A stretch of DNA of 64,000 nt from Candidatus Deferrimicrobiaceae bacterium (GCA_963792415.1 CAWBVY010000006.1:768001-832000), one strand, 5' to 3'; shown: positions 1-11,028, numbered from the stretch's first letter. Made by a program: numbers and translations. Notes: a model not told the origin generated them from the sequence alone.

Positions 1-754
1 GAGCCGGAGACAGGGAGCGAAGATCGAGGACCTCGCGCGCGACGCGGGCGGGGAACCCCGGGAACGGTTCGATCGCCCGAAGCACGGGAAGCCGGCCGGA
101 GGTCCGCTCCGCCGGGGACGACTCCCCGTATTCCGGCCGATATCCCCCGGGGACATACACGCCCGGAATCGCGGAGAGTTCCCTTCGGTATCCGGAATCC
201 CCCGCAGGCCCGGGTCCATGGTCCAGGAGGAGGTCCACCGCGCGCTCCCCGTCGCCCACGACCACGGCATCGGCGAAGACCCCGACCGGCTCCGGATTGA
301 GCGACGCGGCGAACCCGCCGGCGACAACGAGGGGGTACCGGGCGCCGGAGGCGGCACGATCCTCCCGGAATGGGGGAATCCCGCCCGCGGCGAGGATCGC
401 GGGGACGTTCAGAAGATCGTTCTCGTAGGAGAGGGAGATCGCGACGACGTCGAACGAGGAAAGGGGACGCCCGCTCTCGAGCGTCCTCCCCTCGGTGGGC
501 GAATTTACGGAACCGGCCCCCGAGCCCCGCGGCGGGGCACGCCGACGCCCGTCCCCCGACAGGAAGACCCGCTCGCAAAGGGCGTCCGGACGCGCGTTGA
601 TCCGGGCGTAGATCAGGAGGAACCCGAGGTTCGACATCCCCGCCGCGTACCGGTTGGGGTAGACGAGCGCGACGCGGATTCCGACTCCCCAATCCTTGCG
701 CGCGGCGAAGATCTCTTTTTCGGGCGCGGAACCCCCGCGGTGCGGCCTTCCCAC
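1..754 (-). CDS. Radical SAM protein (B12-binding-like N-terminus, TIGR03960/YgiQ-like), N-terminal part only; runs off the window edge
   Basis: Manual translation from GTG 754: ...RKDWGVGIRVALVYPNRYAAGMSNLGF...CERVFL...PLVVAGGFAASLNPEPVGVFADAVVVGDGE. The CxxxCxxC motif would lie outside the window. Confidence 0.75.
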   Translation of the reverse strand, partial: MGRPHRGGSAPEKEIFAARKDWGVGIRVALVYPNRYAAGMSNLGFLLIYARINARPDALCERVFLSGDGRRRAPPRGSGAGSVNSPTEGRTLESGRPLSSFDVVAISLSYENDLLNVPAILAAGGIPPFREDRAASGARYPLVVAGGFAASLNPEPVGVFADAVVVGDGERAVDLLLDHGPGPAGDSGYRRELSAIPGVYVPGGYRPEYGESSPAERTSGRLPVLRAIEPFPGFPARVAREVLDLRSLSPA

Positions 755-760
755 GGCTAA

Positions 761-924
761 GTGTTGCGCTTCATGGATACGGTGTCGCACCGAGAGGGTC
801 GATGCGCCGCATCCGGCAAGGCGTCGTGACCGAGGCGTACTTGACAAGTACGGTGAGGGAGCGCAACGCAGCCGGGGCGGATGCAGCGGCACTCGAATGC
901 AACCGTATCCATGAAACGCAGCAC
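761..924. mobile_element. MITE-like non-autonomous element with 23-bp terminal inverted repeats and TAA flanking direct repeats
   Basis: 761-783 GTGTTGCGCTTCATGGATACGGT vs reverse complement of 902-924 GTGCTGCGTTTCATGGATACGGT (21/23). TAA at 758-760 and 925-927. Central hairpin CGTACTT-GAC-AAGTACG. Confidence 0.7.
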
Positions 925-938
925 TAAAGTTCCGACGG

Positions 939-2105
939 CTACTCCACCCGCCGACGAAGGAACGTCGGAATCTCGAACTCGTCGAGCGACTCGATCTCCG
1001 CCTCCTTGTCGATCAGGGGAAGGTCCTCCAGGCGCTCCTCGAGCGTCTTCGGCGCGGCGGCCCGCAGGAACGCGGGGGTCTGCAGATCGTCGGCCCGGCT
1101 TACAAGCTTGATCCCCTTCCGCGGATTCCTCCACGCCCCCTCCGCGATGCCCGGCTCGAATCCTGTCGCGACCACCGTGACCTTCAGTTCGTCCCCCATC
1201 GTTTCGTCGACCACCGTACCGAAGATGATGTTCGCCTCGTCGGAAGCCTCCTCGCGGACCAGGCTCGCCGCGTCGTTCACCTCGCTCAGGGACAGGGACG
1301 TCCCGGCCGTGATGTTGATGAGGACACCCCGGGCTCCGCGGATCGAGACGTCCTCGAGGAGCGGGCTCGAGATCGCCTTCTCCGCAGCGGCGACCGCCCG
1401 GTTCTGGCCGGACGCCGCTCCCGTCCCCATCAACGCCACGCCCATCCCCGACATGATCGTCTTCACGTCGGCGAAATCGAGGTTGATGTAGCCGGGCCTC
1501 GTGACCAGCTCGGAGATCCCCCGGACCGCCTGGAAAAGAACGTCGTCCACCTTCCGGAACGCCTCGACGAAGCGCATGTCCTTCCCGGCGATCAGGAGCA
1601 GCTTCTCGTTCGGGATGATGATGATCGTGTCCACGAGGCTCCGAAGCTCCTTCGTGCCGCCGTCCGCCTGCCGTTTCCTGGTGAGTCCCTCGAAGGGGAA
1701 CGGCCGCGTCACGACCGCCACCGTGAGCGCCCCGACCTCCCTCGCCACCTCGGCGACCACCGGCCCCGCGCCGGTCCCCGTCCCGCCGCCGAGGCCCGCC
1801 GTGATGAATACCATGTCCGCGCCGGTGAGGGCCTCCCGGATCAGGTCCCGGTCCTCGAGGGCGGCCTGACGGCCGATGTCGGGATTGGCGCCCGCGCCGA
1901 GCCCCTTCGTCAGCCGGGCCCCCAGTTGGAGCTTGAGAGGCGCCAGGCTCCGCGACAGCGCCTGGGCGTCGGTGTTCGCGGTGATGAACTCCACGCCCTG
2001 CAACCCTTCCTCGATCATGGTGTTGATGGCGTTCCCGCCGCCGCCGCCCACGCCGAACACCTTGATGACGGCGTGACAGCGGTTCTCCTCGACGATCGTG
2101 AACAT
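939..2105 (-). CDS. ftsZ: Cell division GTPase FtsZ
   Basis: [16 protein letters not shown] tubulin signature, NLDFADV, C-terminal EIPTFLRR. Alternative upstream start at 2141. Confidence 0.98.
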   Translation of the reverse strand: MFTIVEENRCHAVIKVFGVGGGGGNAINTMIEEGLQGVEFITANTDAQALSRSLAPLKLQLGARLTKGLGAGANPDIGRQAALEDRDLIREALTGADMVFITAGLGGGTGTGAGPVVAEVAREVGALTVAVVTRPFPFEGLTRKRQADGGTKELRSLVDTIIIIPNEKLLLIAGKDMRFVEAFRKVDDVLFQAVRGISELVTRPGYINLDFADVKTIMSGMGVALMGTGAASGQNRAVAAAEKAISSPLLEDVSIRGARGVLINITAGTSLSLSEVNDAASLVREEASDEANIIFGTVVDETMGDELKVTVVATGFEPGIAEGAWRNPRKGIKLVSRADDLQTPAFLRAAAPKTLEERLEDLPLIDKEAEIESLDEFEIPTFLRRRVE

Positions 2106-2170
2106 CCGGTTCCCCCTTGCCTCCTTCTCAGTTCTGGCCATCCGATCCTCCTTTATCCCGGGATTCCGTA

Positions 2171-3403
2171 TTAGAAAAATTCCGACAGGTACTGCTTCAA
2201 CCGGTCGATCACCCTGCCGCCCACCGGGGCCTCCGCCGACCGATAGACCCTTTCCGACGCGCCCGCGCCGTACTGGACCAACCCGACCGATGTGGCGAAC
2301 GCGGGTCCGTTCACGACTTCGACCAACCCTCCGATCCCGATCGGGTTCCCCCTCCGGAACGGGAGCTTGAACACCCGCTCCCCGAGGTCGGTGAGACCCT
2401 CCAGCCTCGACCCGCCGCCGGTGAGCACCACTCCTGCCCCGAGGTTTTCCTCGTAGCCGGACCGGAGAATCTCCTTCCTCAGAAGGGTGAAGATCTCTTC
2501 CGCCCGCGGCTCGATGATCTCGCTGAGGTACTGCCGGCGGATCGGACGGGGAAGCCGCCCGCCCACTCCCGGCAACTCCACCAGTTCGTCCCGGCGCACC
2601 TTCTGGATCATCGCGCATCCCGAGGAGATCTTCAGGATCTCCGCGTCCGAATGGGGAAGCTTCAGCCCGATCGCGATGTCGGAGGTGATGCTGCTCCCTC
2701 CGAGGGGCAGGACGTACGTGTGCCGGAGGGAACCGTTGAAGAAGATCACGATCTCCACGGTCCCGCCGCCGAAGTCCATCAACGCCACGCCGACCTCGCG
2801 CTCCTCCGGGGTGAGCACCGCCTCCGCCGACGCCAGGGGGGAGAGAACGAAGCTTTCCACCTCGAGGCCCGCCTTCTCCACGCACCGGGCCAGGTTTCGC
2901 GCCCCCGGGACGTCGTTGGTCACGACGTGCACGCGCGCATCGAGACGGATGCCGGTCATTCCCCGGGGGTCCTTGATCCCGGCCATGTCGTCGACGATGA
3001 ACTCCTGCGTGAGGACGTGGAGGATCTCCCGGTCGTTGGGGAGCTCCACCGTGCGGGCGATCTCGAGGACCCGCGTGAAGTCGGCGTCGGTGACCTCATG
3101 CTCGTTCTTCACCGAGATGGCCGCGTGGCTGTTGAACGACTTGATGAGCGGTCCGGAGATCCCGACAAAGACCGATTCCACGGTCAGCCCGGTCATCCGC
3201 TCCGCCTCCGTGACGCTCTGCCGGATCGACTTCACCGTGGCGTCGACGTTCACCACGGCCCCCTTCCGCATCCCCTCCGTGGGGCACTCCCCCATCCCGA
3301 GGATCTCCACGCCGTCCGGCGTCTTTCTTCCGAGGACCGTGGTCACCTGGCTCGACCCGACGTCCAAACCCGCGATCACCTGGTCATTCATTTTCGTGTC
3401 CAT
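2171..3403 (-). CDS. ftsA: Cell division protein FtsA
   Basis: [21 protein letters not shown] actin-like motifs; C-terminal amphipathic LKQYLSEFF. Confidence 0.97.
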   Translation of the reverse strand: MDTKMNDQVIAGLDVGSSQVTTVLGRKTPDGVEILGMGECPTEGMRKGAVVNVDATVKSIRQSVTEAERMTGLTVESVFVGISGPLIKSFNSHAAISVKNEHEVTDADFTRVLEIARTVELPNDREILHVLTQEFIVDDMAGIKDPRGMTGIRLDARVHVVTNDVPGARNLARCVEKAGLEVESFVLSPLASAEAVLTPEEREVGVALMDFGGGTVEIVIFFNGSLRHTYVLPLGGSSITSDIAIGLKLPHSDAEILKISSGCAMIQKVRRDELVELPGVGGRLPRPIRRQYLSEIIEPRAEEIFTLLRKEILRSGYEENLGAGVVLTGGGSRLEGLTDLGERVFKLPFRRGNPIGIGGLVEVVNGPAFATSVGLVQYGAGASERVYRSAEAPVGGRVIDRLKQYLSEFF

Positions 3404-4249
3404 TCACTCCCCCGGCCGCATGAAGACGCGGCCCTCTGTCTTGAGATCGGCGATCCCGGAAGACCGTGGCATCCCCGAAATCCTGGGCATGGCCGTCTCG
3501 ATCCGGCGAATCGCCTCCTTGACGTCCATCGTTCCGACCTTTAACTGCAACCCGGTGTCCCGGGTCACCACCGTGTAGCCGTCCTGTGCGTCGAAATGGA
3601 CCTCGGACACGTTCTGGCGAAGCGAGCCCGCCTCGACGCCCCGCAGAAGGTCGAGCGTCTTCTGGAGATTCCGCGCCGTGACCGGGTCCTTCCGGAGGAG
3701 TTCCTCCCGCGAAAATCCCGTGACGATGGCGAGGTTCTTCGGGTCGTACGCGGTCAACCGCTTGAACGGGCGACCCTCCTCGTCAAGGTAGTGGAGGGCG
3801 TCCAGATTCACCATGGCGACCGGCGTGCGCTCCTGGATCCGCACCACCAGGCGGTCCGGAAAGGACTTTCTGACCGAGACGGAGCGGACCCATGGGTGCC
3901 CGGACAGGCGCCGCGCGATCTCTTTCGACGGAACGGACCAGAGGATGCCCGACCCGTCCCCGCGGACAATCGCCCACACCTCCTCGAGAGAGACGTTCGC
4001 GCAACGGTTCATGTCGACCGTGCGCACCGTGAAGAGCGGCGACCGCGTGAGCCACGAGCAGGCGGAGGCGAACGCCACTCCGGTGAACCCTACGGCGAGC
4101 AGGCCGGCGCCGATCCACAGGATCAGGCGCAGGCGTCTCCGCGACGTCTTCGTCTCCCCGCCCCGGGCCTTGTCCTTCTTCCGCACGGCCCGCCCGGCGC
4201 CCCCCAGCTTTCCGCGGCGGGTCTTGTGGTATGCGCGGTACTCGATCAT
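3404..4249 (-). CDS. ftsQ: Cell division protein FtsQ/DivIB
   Basis: Basic N-terminus, single TM helix, POTRA-like PWVRSVSVRKSFPDRLVVRIQERTP; lies between ddl and ftsA. Confidence 0.9.
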   Translation of the reverse strand: MIEYRAYHKTRRGKLGGAGRAVRKKDKARGGETKTSRRRLRLILWIGAGLLAVGFTGVAFASACSWLTRSPLFTVRTVDMNRCANVSLEEVWAIVRGDGSGILWSVPSKEIARRLSGHPWVRSVSVRKSFPDRLVVRIQERTPVAMVNLDALHYLDEEGRPFKRLTAYDPKNLAIVTGFSREELLRKDPVTARNLQKTLDLLRGVEAGSLRQNVSEVHFDAQDGYTVVTRDTGLQLKVGTMDVKEAIRRIETAMPRISGMPRSSGIADLKTEGRVFMRPGE

Positions 4250-5179
4250 CTATTTTCCGAGCCCCGCGTCGGAAAGGATGGCGGCAACGAGATCGTCGAA
4301 CGACAGACCGTCGAACTTCGCCGCCTTGGGGAGGAGGCTCGTCTCGGTCATGCCCGGGATCGTATTCGCCTCGAGGAAGAAGACGTTCCCCGCCGGATCC
4401 ACGCGATAATCGAGCCGCGCCGCCCCCCGCAGCCCCATCGCCGCGGCGGCGCGCCGCGTGTACTCTGCGGCACGGAGGAGGATGTCCCGGTCCATCGGAA
4501 CCGGGATCACATACTCCGTCCGCCCCGCGGTGTACTTGGACTGGTAGTCGTAGAAGCCGGACTTCGGAACGATCTCGATCGCGGGGAGGACCTTCCCGTT
4601 CAGGATCCCGACGGTGATCTCCCGTCCGGGGATGAATCCCTCCGCCAGCACGCGGCTGTCGTGCTTCGCCGCCTCGGCAAGCGCCGCATCCCACTGGTCC
4701 GGGCCGCGGACGATCGTGATGCCGACGGTGGACCCTTCCCGGTCGGGCTTCACCACGAGAGGGAAGCCGAAACCGGGCGGTTTCGCCCCCGGGCGATCCG
4801 CCCCCTCGTAGACCTCATCGGGCGGGCACGGCACGCCCGCCGAAGCGGCGACCCGCTTCCCGAGGACCTTGCTCATCGCGACGGCCGAGGCGGCGACCCC
4901 GGACCCCGTGTACGGAAGCCGGGCGAGTTCGCACGCGGCCTGGATGCAGCCGTCCTCCCCGAACCTCCCGTGAAGGGCGAGGAACGCGGCGTCGACCCCC
5001 GCGCCCCGGACCGCCCCCAGCCAGTCCTCCCGGATGTCGATCTCGCGGACGTCGCACCCGAGTCTCCGAAGCGCCGCGGCGGCCGCCGCCCCCGTCCGGA
5101 GGGAGACCTCCCGCTCGGCGGAAACCCCGCCCAGGAACACGCCCACTTTCCTCCCTGAGAATGCGAACCGTTCAGTCAT
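4250..5179 (-). CDS. ddl: D-alanine--D-alanine ligase
   Basis: GGVSAEREVSL, LHGRFGEDG, FYDYQSKY, EANTIPGMT. Confidence 0.97.
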   Translation of the reverse strand: MTERFAFSGRKVGVFLGGVSAEREVSLRTGAAAAAALRRLGCDVREIDIREDWLGAVRGAGVDAAFLALHGRFGEDGCIQAACELARLPYTGSGVAASAVAMSKVLGKRVAASAGVPCPPDEVYEGADRPGAKPPGFGFPLVVKPDREGSTVGITIVRGPDQWDAALAEAAKHDSRVLAEGFIPGREITVGILNGKVLPAIEIVPKSGFYDYQSKYTAGRTEYVIPVPMDRDILLRAAEYTRRAAAAMGLRGAARLDYRVDPAGNVFFLEANTIPGMTETSLLPKAAKFDGLSFDDLVAAILSDAGLGK

Positions 5180-6065
5180 CGAACTCCCCCCACATTTTCA
5201 CCTCGGGCAGGAGCAGGACGCCGCAGGATACCCGCACCGCGCTCTGGCCGCGGGACAGGAGCCGGCGGGCATCCGCCGCGGTGGCGCGTCCCCGGTTCAC
5301 GAGGAAGTTGGCGTGCTTCTCGGAGAAGCAGGCGTCCCCTTCCCGCTCCCCCTTCATTCCCGCCCGCTCGAGCAGTTGCCCGGCGCTCTCCGCGCCCCCG
5401 GGAGGATTCCGAAACGCGGACCCGAAGGTCTTCTCCCCCCACGGCTGGACGCTGCGACGCTTCTCGTTCATCTGCCGCATCCGCTCGAACACGCTCTCCC
5501 GCGTCCCGGGACCGAAACGGAATCCGGCCCGCACCACGATCCCCTGGACGGGGTATTTCGCCTCCCGGTACCCGAACCGGATCGCCCGCCCCTCGACCCG
5601 GACAGTCTTCCCCTCGGCGTCGACCACCTCCACCCACTCCGTCAACTCTCCGATGCTCTGGCCGTACGCCCCGGCGTTCATCGACAGCGCGCCGCCCACC
5701 GTTCCCGGGATCCCGGAGAGCGGCTCCATCCCGGAAAGTCCGGAGAGAGCGCAGAGCACGGCCAGCCGGGGGAGCATCACTCCCGCCTCGGCGACCACCG
5801 ACCCGTCGGAGAGGAACACCACCTTGGAGAGGTGCCTCTTCGTGCACAGCACGGTCGCCGACACGCCGCCGTCCGCCACCAGGAGGTTGGATCCCGCACC
5901 GAGGACCTGCACGGGGCGACCCGAACGGCCCTCCGCCACGACGACCTCCCGGACCTGCGCCGCCGACCGCGGAAACACCAGCCGATCGGCGGCGCCCCCG
6001 ATCCCGATGGTGGTGTACTCCCGCAGCTTCACCTGGAACGCGACCTCGATGTTCCGCACGACCAC
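5172..6065 (-). CDS. murB: UDP-N-acetylmuramate dehydrogenase
   Basis: GAGSNLLV, GIPGTVGGA..MNAGAYG, GSAFRNP, KHANFLVN; GTG start with upstream GGAGG. Confidence 0.93.
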   Translation of the reverse strand: MVVRNIEVAFQVKLREYTTIGIGGAADRLVFPRSAAQVREVVVAEGRSGRPVQVLGAGSNLLVADGGVSATVLCTKRHLSKVVFLSDGSVVAEAGVMLPRLAVLCALSGLSGMEPLSGIPGTVGGALSMNAGAYGQSIGELTEWVEVVDAEGKTVRVEGRAIRFGYREAKYPVQGIVVRAGFRFGPGTRESVFERMRQMNEKRRSVQPWGEKTFGSAFRNPPGGAESAGQLLERAGMKGEREGDACFSEKHANFLVNRGRATAADARRLLSRGQSAVRVSCGVLLLPEVKMWGEFDD

Positions 6066-6090
6066 CCCGGCCTCCCTGCTTCTCCCGCCG

Positions 6091-7458
6091 CTACCGCGCG
6101 AGAAGACTTTCGCCCAGTTTCCAGACATCGCCGGCCCCCATCGTCAGAAAGATGTCCCCCGGCTGCAGGGTGGCGCGAACCGCCTCCCCCGCTCCCGCGG
6201 ATTTGCCCAGATACCGGGCCTCCCGGTGTCCGTGATCCCGGACCGCGGAGCACAACGCTTCGCCGGTGGCGCCCTCGATCGGCTCCTCCCCCGCGGAGTA
6301 CACCTCGAACACGACCAGCACGTCCGCGTCCTGGAACGCCGAAAGGAACTCCTTGAACAGCGCACGTGTGCGCGAGTACCGGTGCGGCTGAAATCCGACG
6401 ATGATGCGCCGGTCGGGCCAGACCTCCCGCGCCGCGGCAAGCGTCGCCCGGACCTCCACGGGGTGGTGGCCGTAATCGTCCACCACCGTGACGCCGTCGA
6501 TCTCTCCCTTCACCTGGAAGCGCCGCCCGACCCCGGCGTACGCGTACAGCCCCTCCCGCACCTGGTCGAACGTGATCCCGATTTCGAGTGCGACCGCCGC
6601 CGCCGCCAGGGCGTTGCTGACGTTGTGGCGCCCGGGCGCCCGGAGGAGGACCTCGCCGAGCCGCTCCCCCTTCGCGAATACGGCAAACCGGTTCGTCATA
6701 CCGGTCGCGACCACCTCTTCCGCACGGTAGTCCGCGGAACGGGAGAACCCGTAGGTGACGAAGGTCTTTTCCACGGAGGGGATCAACTCCTGGACATTGG
6801 GGTGGTCGATGCACAGGACCGAGAACCCGTAGAAGGGGACCTTGTTGATGAAGTGGAGGAACGTCTCCTTGATCTGCCCGATCCCGGAGTAGAAATCGAG
6901 GTGCTCCGGGTCGATGTTGGTGACCACCGCCACGGTGGGAGAGAGTTTCAGGAACGAGCCGTCGCTCTCGTCCGCCTCCGCGACAAGGAACTCCCCTTGA
7001 CCCAGCTTCGCATTGGATCCGAGGTTGTTCAGCTTTCCACCCACGACCGCCGTCGGATCCCAGCCGGCCGTCGCGAGCACCGTCGCGACCATCGAGGTCG
7101 TCGTCGTCTTTCCGTGCGTTCCGGCGATCGCAATTCCGTACTTCATCCGCATCAATTCCGCCAGCATTTCGGCGCGCGGGATCACGGGAATCTTCCGGCG
7201 GTGCGCCTCGAGGACCTCGGGGTTGTCGGACCGGACCGCCGAGGAGATGACGACAACGTGGCCGCCGGGGGGGATGTTCGAGGCGGAGTGTCCCGTCCGC
7301 ACCTCCGCCCCGAGCCGCGCGAGCCGCTCCGTCGTGTCGGAGCAGCGCAGGTCGGACCCGGACACCCGGTACCCGAGGTTCATGAGCAGTTCCGCGATCC
7401 CGCTCATCCCGATGCCGCCGATCCCGACGAAGTGGATGGGGAGTCCCTTCCTATACAT
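6091..7458 (-). CDS. murC: UDP-N-acetylmuramate--L-alanine ligase
   Basis: [34 protein letters not shown]. Confidence 0.97.
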   Translation of the reverse strand: MYRKGLPIHFVGIGGIGMSGIAELLMNLGYRVSGSDLRCSDTTERLARLGAEVRTGHSASNIPPGGHVVVISSAVRSDNPEVLEAHRRKIPVIPRAEMLAELMRMKYGIAIAGTHGKTTTTSMVATVLATAGWDPTAVVGGKLNNLGSNAKLGQGEFLVAEADESDGSFLKLSPTVAVVTNIDPEHLDFYSGIGQIKETFLHFINKVPFYGFSVLCIDHPNVQELIPSVEKTFVTYGFSRSADYRAEEVVATGMTNRFAVFAKGERLGEVLLRAPGRHNVSNALAAAAVALEIGITFDQVREGLYAYAGVGRRFQVKGEIDGVTVVDDYGHHPVEVRATLAAAREVWPDRRIIVGFQPHRYSRTRALFKEFLSAFQDADVLVVFEVYSAGEEPIEGATGEALCSAVRDHGHREARYLGKSAGAGEAVRATLQPGDIFLTMGAGDVWKLGESLLAR

Positions 7459-8578
7459 CCGGTGATCCCTCCTCCCCGGAATCGTTCCCGGACAGCCGCA
7501 GCGCCGCGCGGACCGCCTCGACGGCCGCGCCGGGGCGGGAGAAGGAAACCGCCGCCGCTCCAGCACGCTCCCGCGCGGCCCGATCGCCGCCGAGGCTCCA
7601 CAGCGCCGACCAGAGCGCCTCCTCGGTCGCTTCGCTCTCCGGCAGCCACGCTCCGGCGCCGGAAGCGCAGAACTCCCTCGCGTTCCCCGTCTGGTGGTCG
7701 TCCGCCGCGAACGGGTACGGAACGAGCACGCACGGACGTCCGAAGAGCGCCGCCTCCGCAATGGAGAGGGCTCCGGCCCGCATCAGCACGGCGTGGCAAC
7801 GCGGGAACCAATCCCCGATCCGGTCCGTGAACGAAAACGACTCCACCGGGAGGGCCTCCTCCCGCGCCGATCGCGTCACCGCCTCGTGCTCGCGCGTCCC
7901 CGTCTGCAGCAGAAACCGGATCGACGTCCCCTCCCGCTTCGCTCTCCGGGCCATCCCGAGCACCCGGGTGTTGATCGCCCTCGCCCCCTGCGAGCCTCCC
8001 AGCGCCAGCACGGTGAACGGCGTCTCCGGCGCTCCCTCCCGTTCGCACGCTCGCGCCGCCGCGACGATCTCCGCGCGGACCGGGTTCCCCGTGACCTCCG
8101 CCCGGCCCGGCGGAAAGAAGGGGACCGCGCCCGAAAAGCCCGCGAACACCCGGACCGCGCGCCGCGCGAGAAAGCGGTTCGAACGCCCGGGCACGCTGTT
8201 CTGCTCCTGCAGGAACAGCGGGATGCCCAGGAGCGCGGCGGATAGCGCGACCGGCACCGAGGCGTATCCCCCCACGCCGAAGACCAGGTCCGGGCGGCGG
8301 CGCCTCAAGACCGCCATCGCCGCGGGAAATCCGAGCGCCATCCGGAGGGCGCCCGGGAGAGCCCCGATCCCCTTCCCTCGAACCTGGCCGGAGGGGACGA
8401 AGTCGATCGGGAACCCCCTGGCCGGAACGGCCCGCGCCTCAAGACCTTCCCTTGTCCCGACGAAAGAGACGGTGCCGTCGGGACAGAGGGAGAGAAACGC
8501 ATCAGCGAGGGCGATCCCCGGAAAGACGTGCCCACCGGTCCCTCCCCCGGCTACGATCATCCGCAGTGGCAAGGCCAT
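7451..8578 (-). CDS. murG: Lipid II GlcNAc transferase MurG
   Basis: [36 protein letters not shown]. Confidence 0.96.
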   Translation of the reverse strand: MALPLRMIVAGGGTGGHVFPGIALADAFLSLCPDGTVSFVGTREGLEARAVPARGFPIDFVPSGQVRGKGIGALPGALRMALGFPAAMAVLRRRRPDLVFGVGGYASVPVALSAALLGIPLFLQEQNSVPGRSNRFLARRAVRVFAGFSGAVPFFPPGRAEVTGNPVRAEIVAAARACEREGAPETPFTVLALGGSQGARAINTRVLGMARRAKREGTSIRFLLQTGTREHEAVTRSAREEALPVESFSFTDRIGDWFPRCHAVLMRAGALSIAEAALFGRPCVLVPYPFAADDHQTGNAREFCASGAGAWLPESEATEEALWSALWSLGGDRAARERAGAAAVSFSRPGAAVEAVRAALRLSGNDSGEEGSPDV

Positions 8579-9683
8579 CCGCCCCCTTCAGGGATATGTT
8601 CATCAGCACGCCGACCGCCGCCAGATGCACAATCAGGGAACTCCCCCCGTAGCTAAGGAACGGAAGCACCATCCCCTTCGGGGGGAGCATCGAAAGCCCC
8701 ACCATCATGTTCATCAGCGCCTGGATTCCGATCACGGAGGAAACCCCCATGGCGAGGTACATGCCGAACGGGTCCCGCGCCCGGCGAGCGATCCGGTACC
8801 CCACCCACACCATGATGACGAAGCACGCGCCGACCAGCACCACGCCCGCGAACCCGAGTTCCTCCCCGATCACCGAGAAGATGTAGTCGGTGTGTATCTC
8901 CGGCAGGTAGAAGAGCTTCTGCTTCCCCCCGCCGACGCCCGTCCCGAGGAGACCCCCGTTGGAAAAGGCAATCAGGGACTGCACGACCTGGTACCCTGCC
9001 GTCTGTGCCTGCGAGATCGGGTCGAGGAACGCCTGGATCCGCGCTACCCTGTACGGCTTGGCCAGGATGAGGAGAGCGGCGCCCCCGACGCCCACGGCGC
9101 CGAAGGCGGCCAGGAGTTTCCAGGGGAACCCGGCGATGAACACGATCACGAGGAAGGACGCGATGATCACGACGGCCATCCCGAAGTCCGGCTCCTTCAG
9201 GATCATCGCGACGAACATCCCCATCACCGCAAACATGGGGAGGAACGCGCGGTACCCCTGCTTCGGTTTCTCCCCGTTCCTGTCGATGGCCCAGGCGGCG
9301 AAGGCGAGCAGGGCGAACTTCGCGAACTCGGAGGGCTGGAAGGTGAAGAGGCGCAGGTTGATCCACCGGGAAGCGCCGTTCGCCCTGTGCCTGACCCCGG
9401 GAACGTACACCAGCAGCAGAAGCAGGAAGGCCGCCCCGACGATCCACACGATCCGCCGGCGGTAGAAGTCGTGGTCGAGGCGGGACAGGCCCATGGCGAA
9501 CGCGATCCCGATCGCCAGGAACAGGATCTGGCGCTTGAAGAAGTACGCCGGGTCGAACCCGTACCGGGCCGACGAACCCGCCATGACGTTCGTCGCGCTG
9601 TAGATCATGGTCATGCCGAGAACCGTGAGCGACAGGGCGCACAGAGTGAGGATCAGGTTCTCGTGGCGTTTCCCGAGGATCAT
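8502..9683 (-). CDS. ftsW: SEDS peptidoglycan polymerase FtsW
   Basis: Multi-TM; FQPSEFAK, EPDFG, YLPEIHTDYIF, LPFLSYGGSS. Confidence 0.96.
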   Translation of the reverse strand: MILGKRHENLILTLCALSLTVLGMTMIYSATNVMAGSSARYGFDPAYFFKRQILFLAIGIAFAMGLSRLDHDFYRRRIVWIVGAAFLLLLLVYVPGVRHRANGASRWINLRLFTFQPSEFAKFALLAFAAWAIDRNGEKPKQGYRAFLPMFAVMGMFVAMILKEPDFGMAVVIIASFLVIVFIAGFPWKLLAAFGAVGVGGAALLILAKPYRVARIQAFLDPISQAQTAGYQVVQSLIAFSNGGLLGTGVGGGKQKLFYLPEIHTDYIFSVIGEELGFAGVVLVGACFVIMVWVGYRIARRARDPFGMYLAMGVSSVIGIQALMNMMVGLSMLPPKGMVLPFLSYGGSSLIVHLAAVGVLMNISLKGADGLATADDRSRGRDRWARLSGDRPR

Positions 9684-11026
9684 CCGGGCAACCCCTCCAC
9701 GGCCTTGCGGAACGCCTCTCCGCGCTCCTCGAAGTTCCGGAACATGTCGAAGCTCGAGCACGCCGGCGAGAAGACGACCACGTCCCCCGTCCGGGCGGCT
9801 TCGGCCGCGGCCCGCACTGCCTGGGCGAGCGTGCCGGACACGGTGACCGGCGCCGCCCCCGCCAGCTCCCTCGCCATCCTCTCCCTGGCCTCACCGAGAA
9901 GCACGACGGCCCGGGCTTTTCTCCCGAGGGCGGACCGAAGGGGCCGGAAATCCACTCCCTTGTCCTTGCCTCCCGCGATCAGCACCACCGGTTCGGGGAA
10001 TCCGTCGAGGGCGGCGAGGACGGCGCCGACGTTCGTCCCCTTGGAATCGTTGTAATACGAAACTCCCGCGACCGATCGGACAAACTCCACCCGGTGCGGC
10101 AGTCCCGGGAACCGCGCGAGCTCCGCCAGCACGGCCGGCGGGGGGATCCCCATTGAGCGGGCGACGGCGATCGCCGCGAGGGCGTTCTCCACGTTCTGCA
10201 GACCGGGAATCTTAAGGACCGCCCGGGGATAGCGCTCCTCTCCCGAGGCCGTCCGGAGCACCATCTCTCCGCCGGACAGGAAGGCGCCCTCCCCCAAGGC
10301 CCGCGACACGGAGAACGGGAGGAGCCGCGCCCGGATCGGGCCCAGGCGCGCGGTCACCTCGGGGTCGTCGGCATTGACGACCGCGGTGTCGGAGGGACCC
10401 TGGTTCCGGAAGACAGCCATCTTGACATCGAAATACGCCTCCTTCGCCGGATACCGGTCACGATGGTCCTCGGTAAGGTTCAGGAGCGCCGCCACCCGGG
10501 GCCGGAAACTCGCGATCGACTCAAGCTGAAAGCTGGAGACTTCCACCACGCCCCAGTCGCAGGGTGCCCCCGCGGCGGCGACGAACGGCGTCCCGAGATT
10601 CCCCCCGACGAACACGTTCGGGAAGGCCCCGGAAGCCATCCCCCCGACGAGGGTGGTCACCGTCGACTTCCCGTTGGTACCCGTGATCGCCGCCACCTTT
10701 CCCCGAAACCTCCGGAACCCGAGCTCGAGCTCCCCCCATACCGGGACACCCGCCGCGGCGAGGGCCGAAAGGGGGAGCCTCTCCCGGGGGACGCCGGGCG
10801 ACACGACGAGCAAGGCGCTCCCCCGAACCTCCCCTTCCCCGGGCATCCCGCGCAGGAAGGCGATCCCGGGGGGGATCGGCTCGCGCAGCGACGCCTCGAC
10901 GTCCGCGCGCGGGCGGTCGTCCCGCAACGTGACCCGGGCTCCCTCCCCGGCCAGCAGGCGCGCCGCGAGGAGCCCTGACCGCCCGGCCCCCGCCACGATC
11001 ACGGGTTTCTCCGCGAAGGTTTCCAT
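9680..11026 (-). CDS. murD: UDP-MurNAc-L-Ala--D-glutamate ligase
   Basis: GTNGKSTVT, EVSSFQL, NDSKGTN, SPACSSFDMF. Confidence 0.97.
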   Translation of the reverse strand: METFAEKPVIVAGAGRSGLLAARLLAGEGARVTLRDDRPRADVEASLREPIPPGIAFLRGMPGEGEVRGSALLVVSPGVPRERLPLSALAAAGVPVWGELELGFRRFRGKVAAITGTNGKSTVTTLVGGMASGAFPNVFVGGNLGTPFVAAAGAPCDWGVVEVSSFQLESIASFRPRVAALLNLTEDHRDRYPAKEAYFDVKMAVFRNQGPSDTAVVNADDPEVTARLGPIRARLLPFSVSRALGEGAFLSGGEMVLRTASGEERYPRAVLKIPGLQNVENALAAIAVARSMGIPPPAVLAELARFPGLPHRVEFVRSVAGVSYYNDSKGTNVGAVLAALDGFPEPVVLIAGGKDKGVDFRPLRSALGRKARAVVLLGEARERMARELAGAAPVTVSGTLAQAVRAAAEAARTGDVVVFSPACSSFDMFRNFEERGEAFRKAVEGLPG

Positions 11027-11028
11027 GA

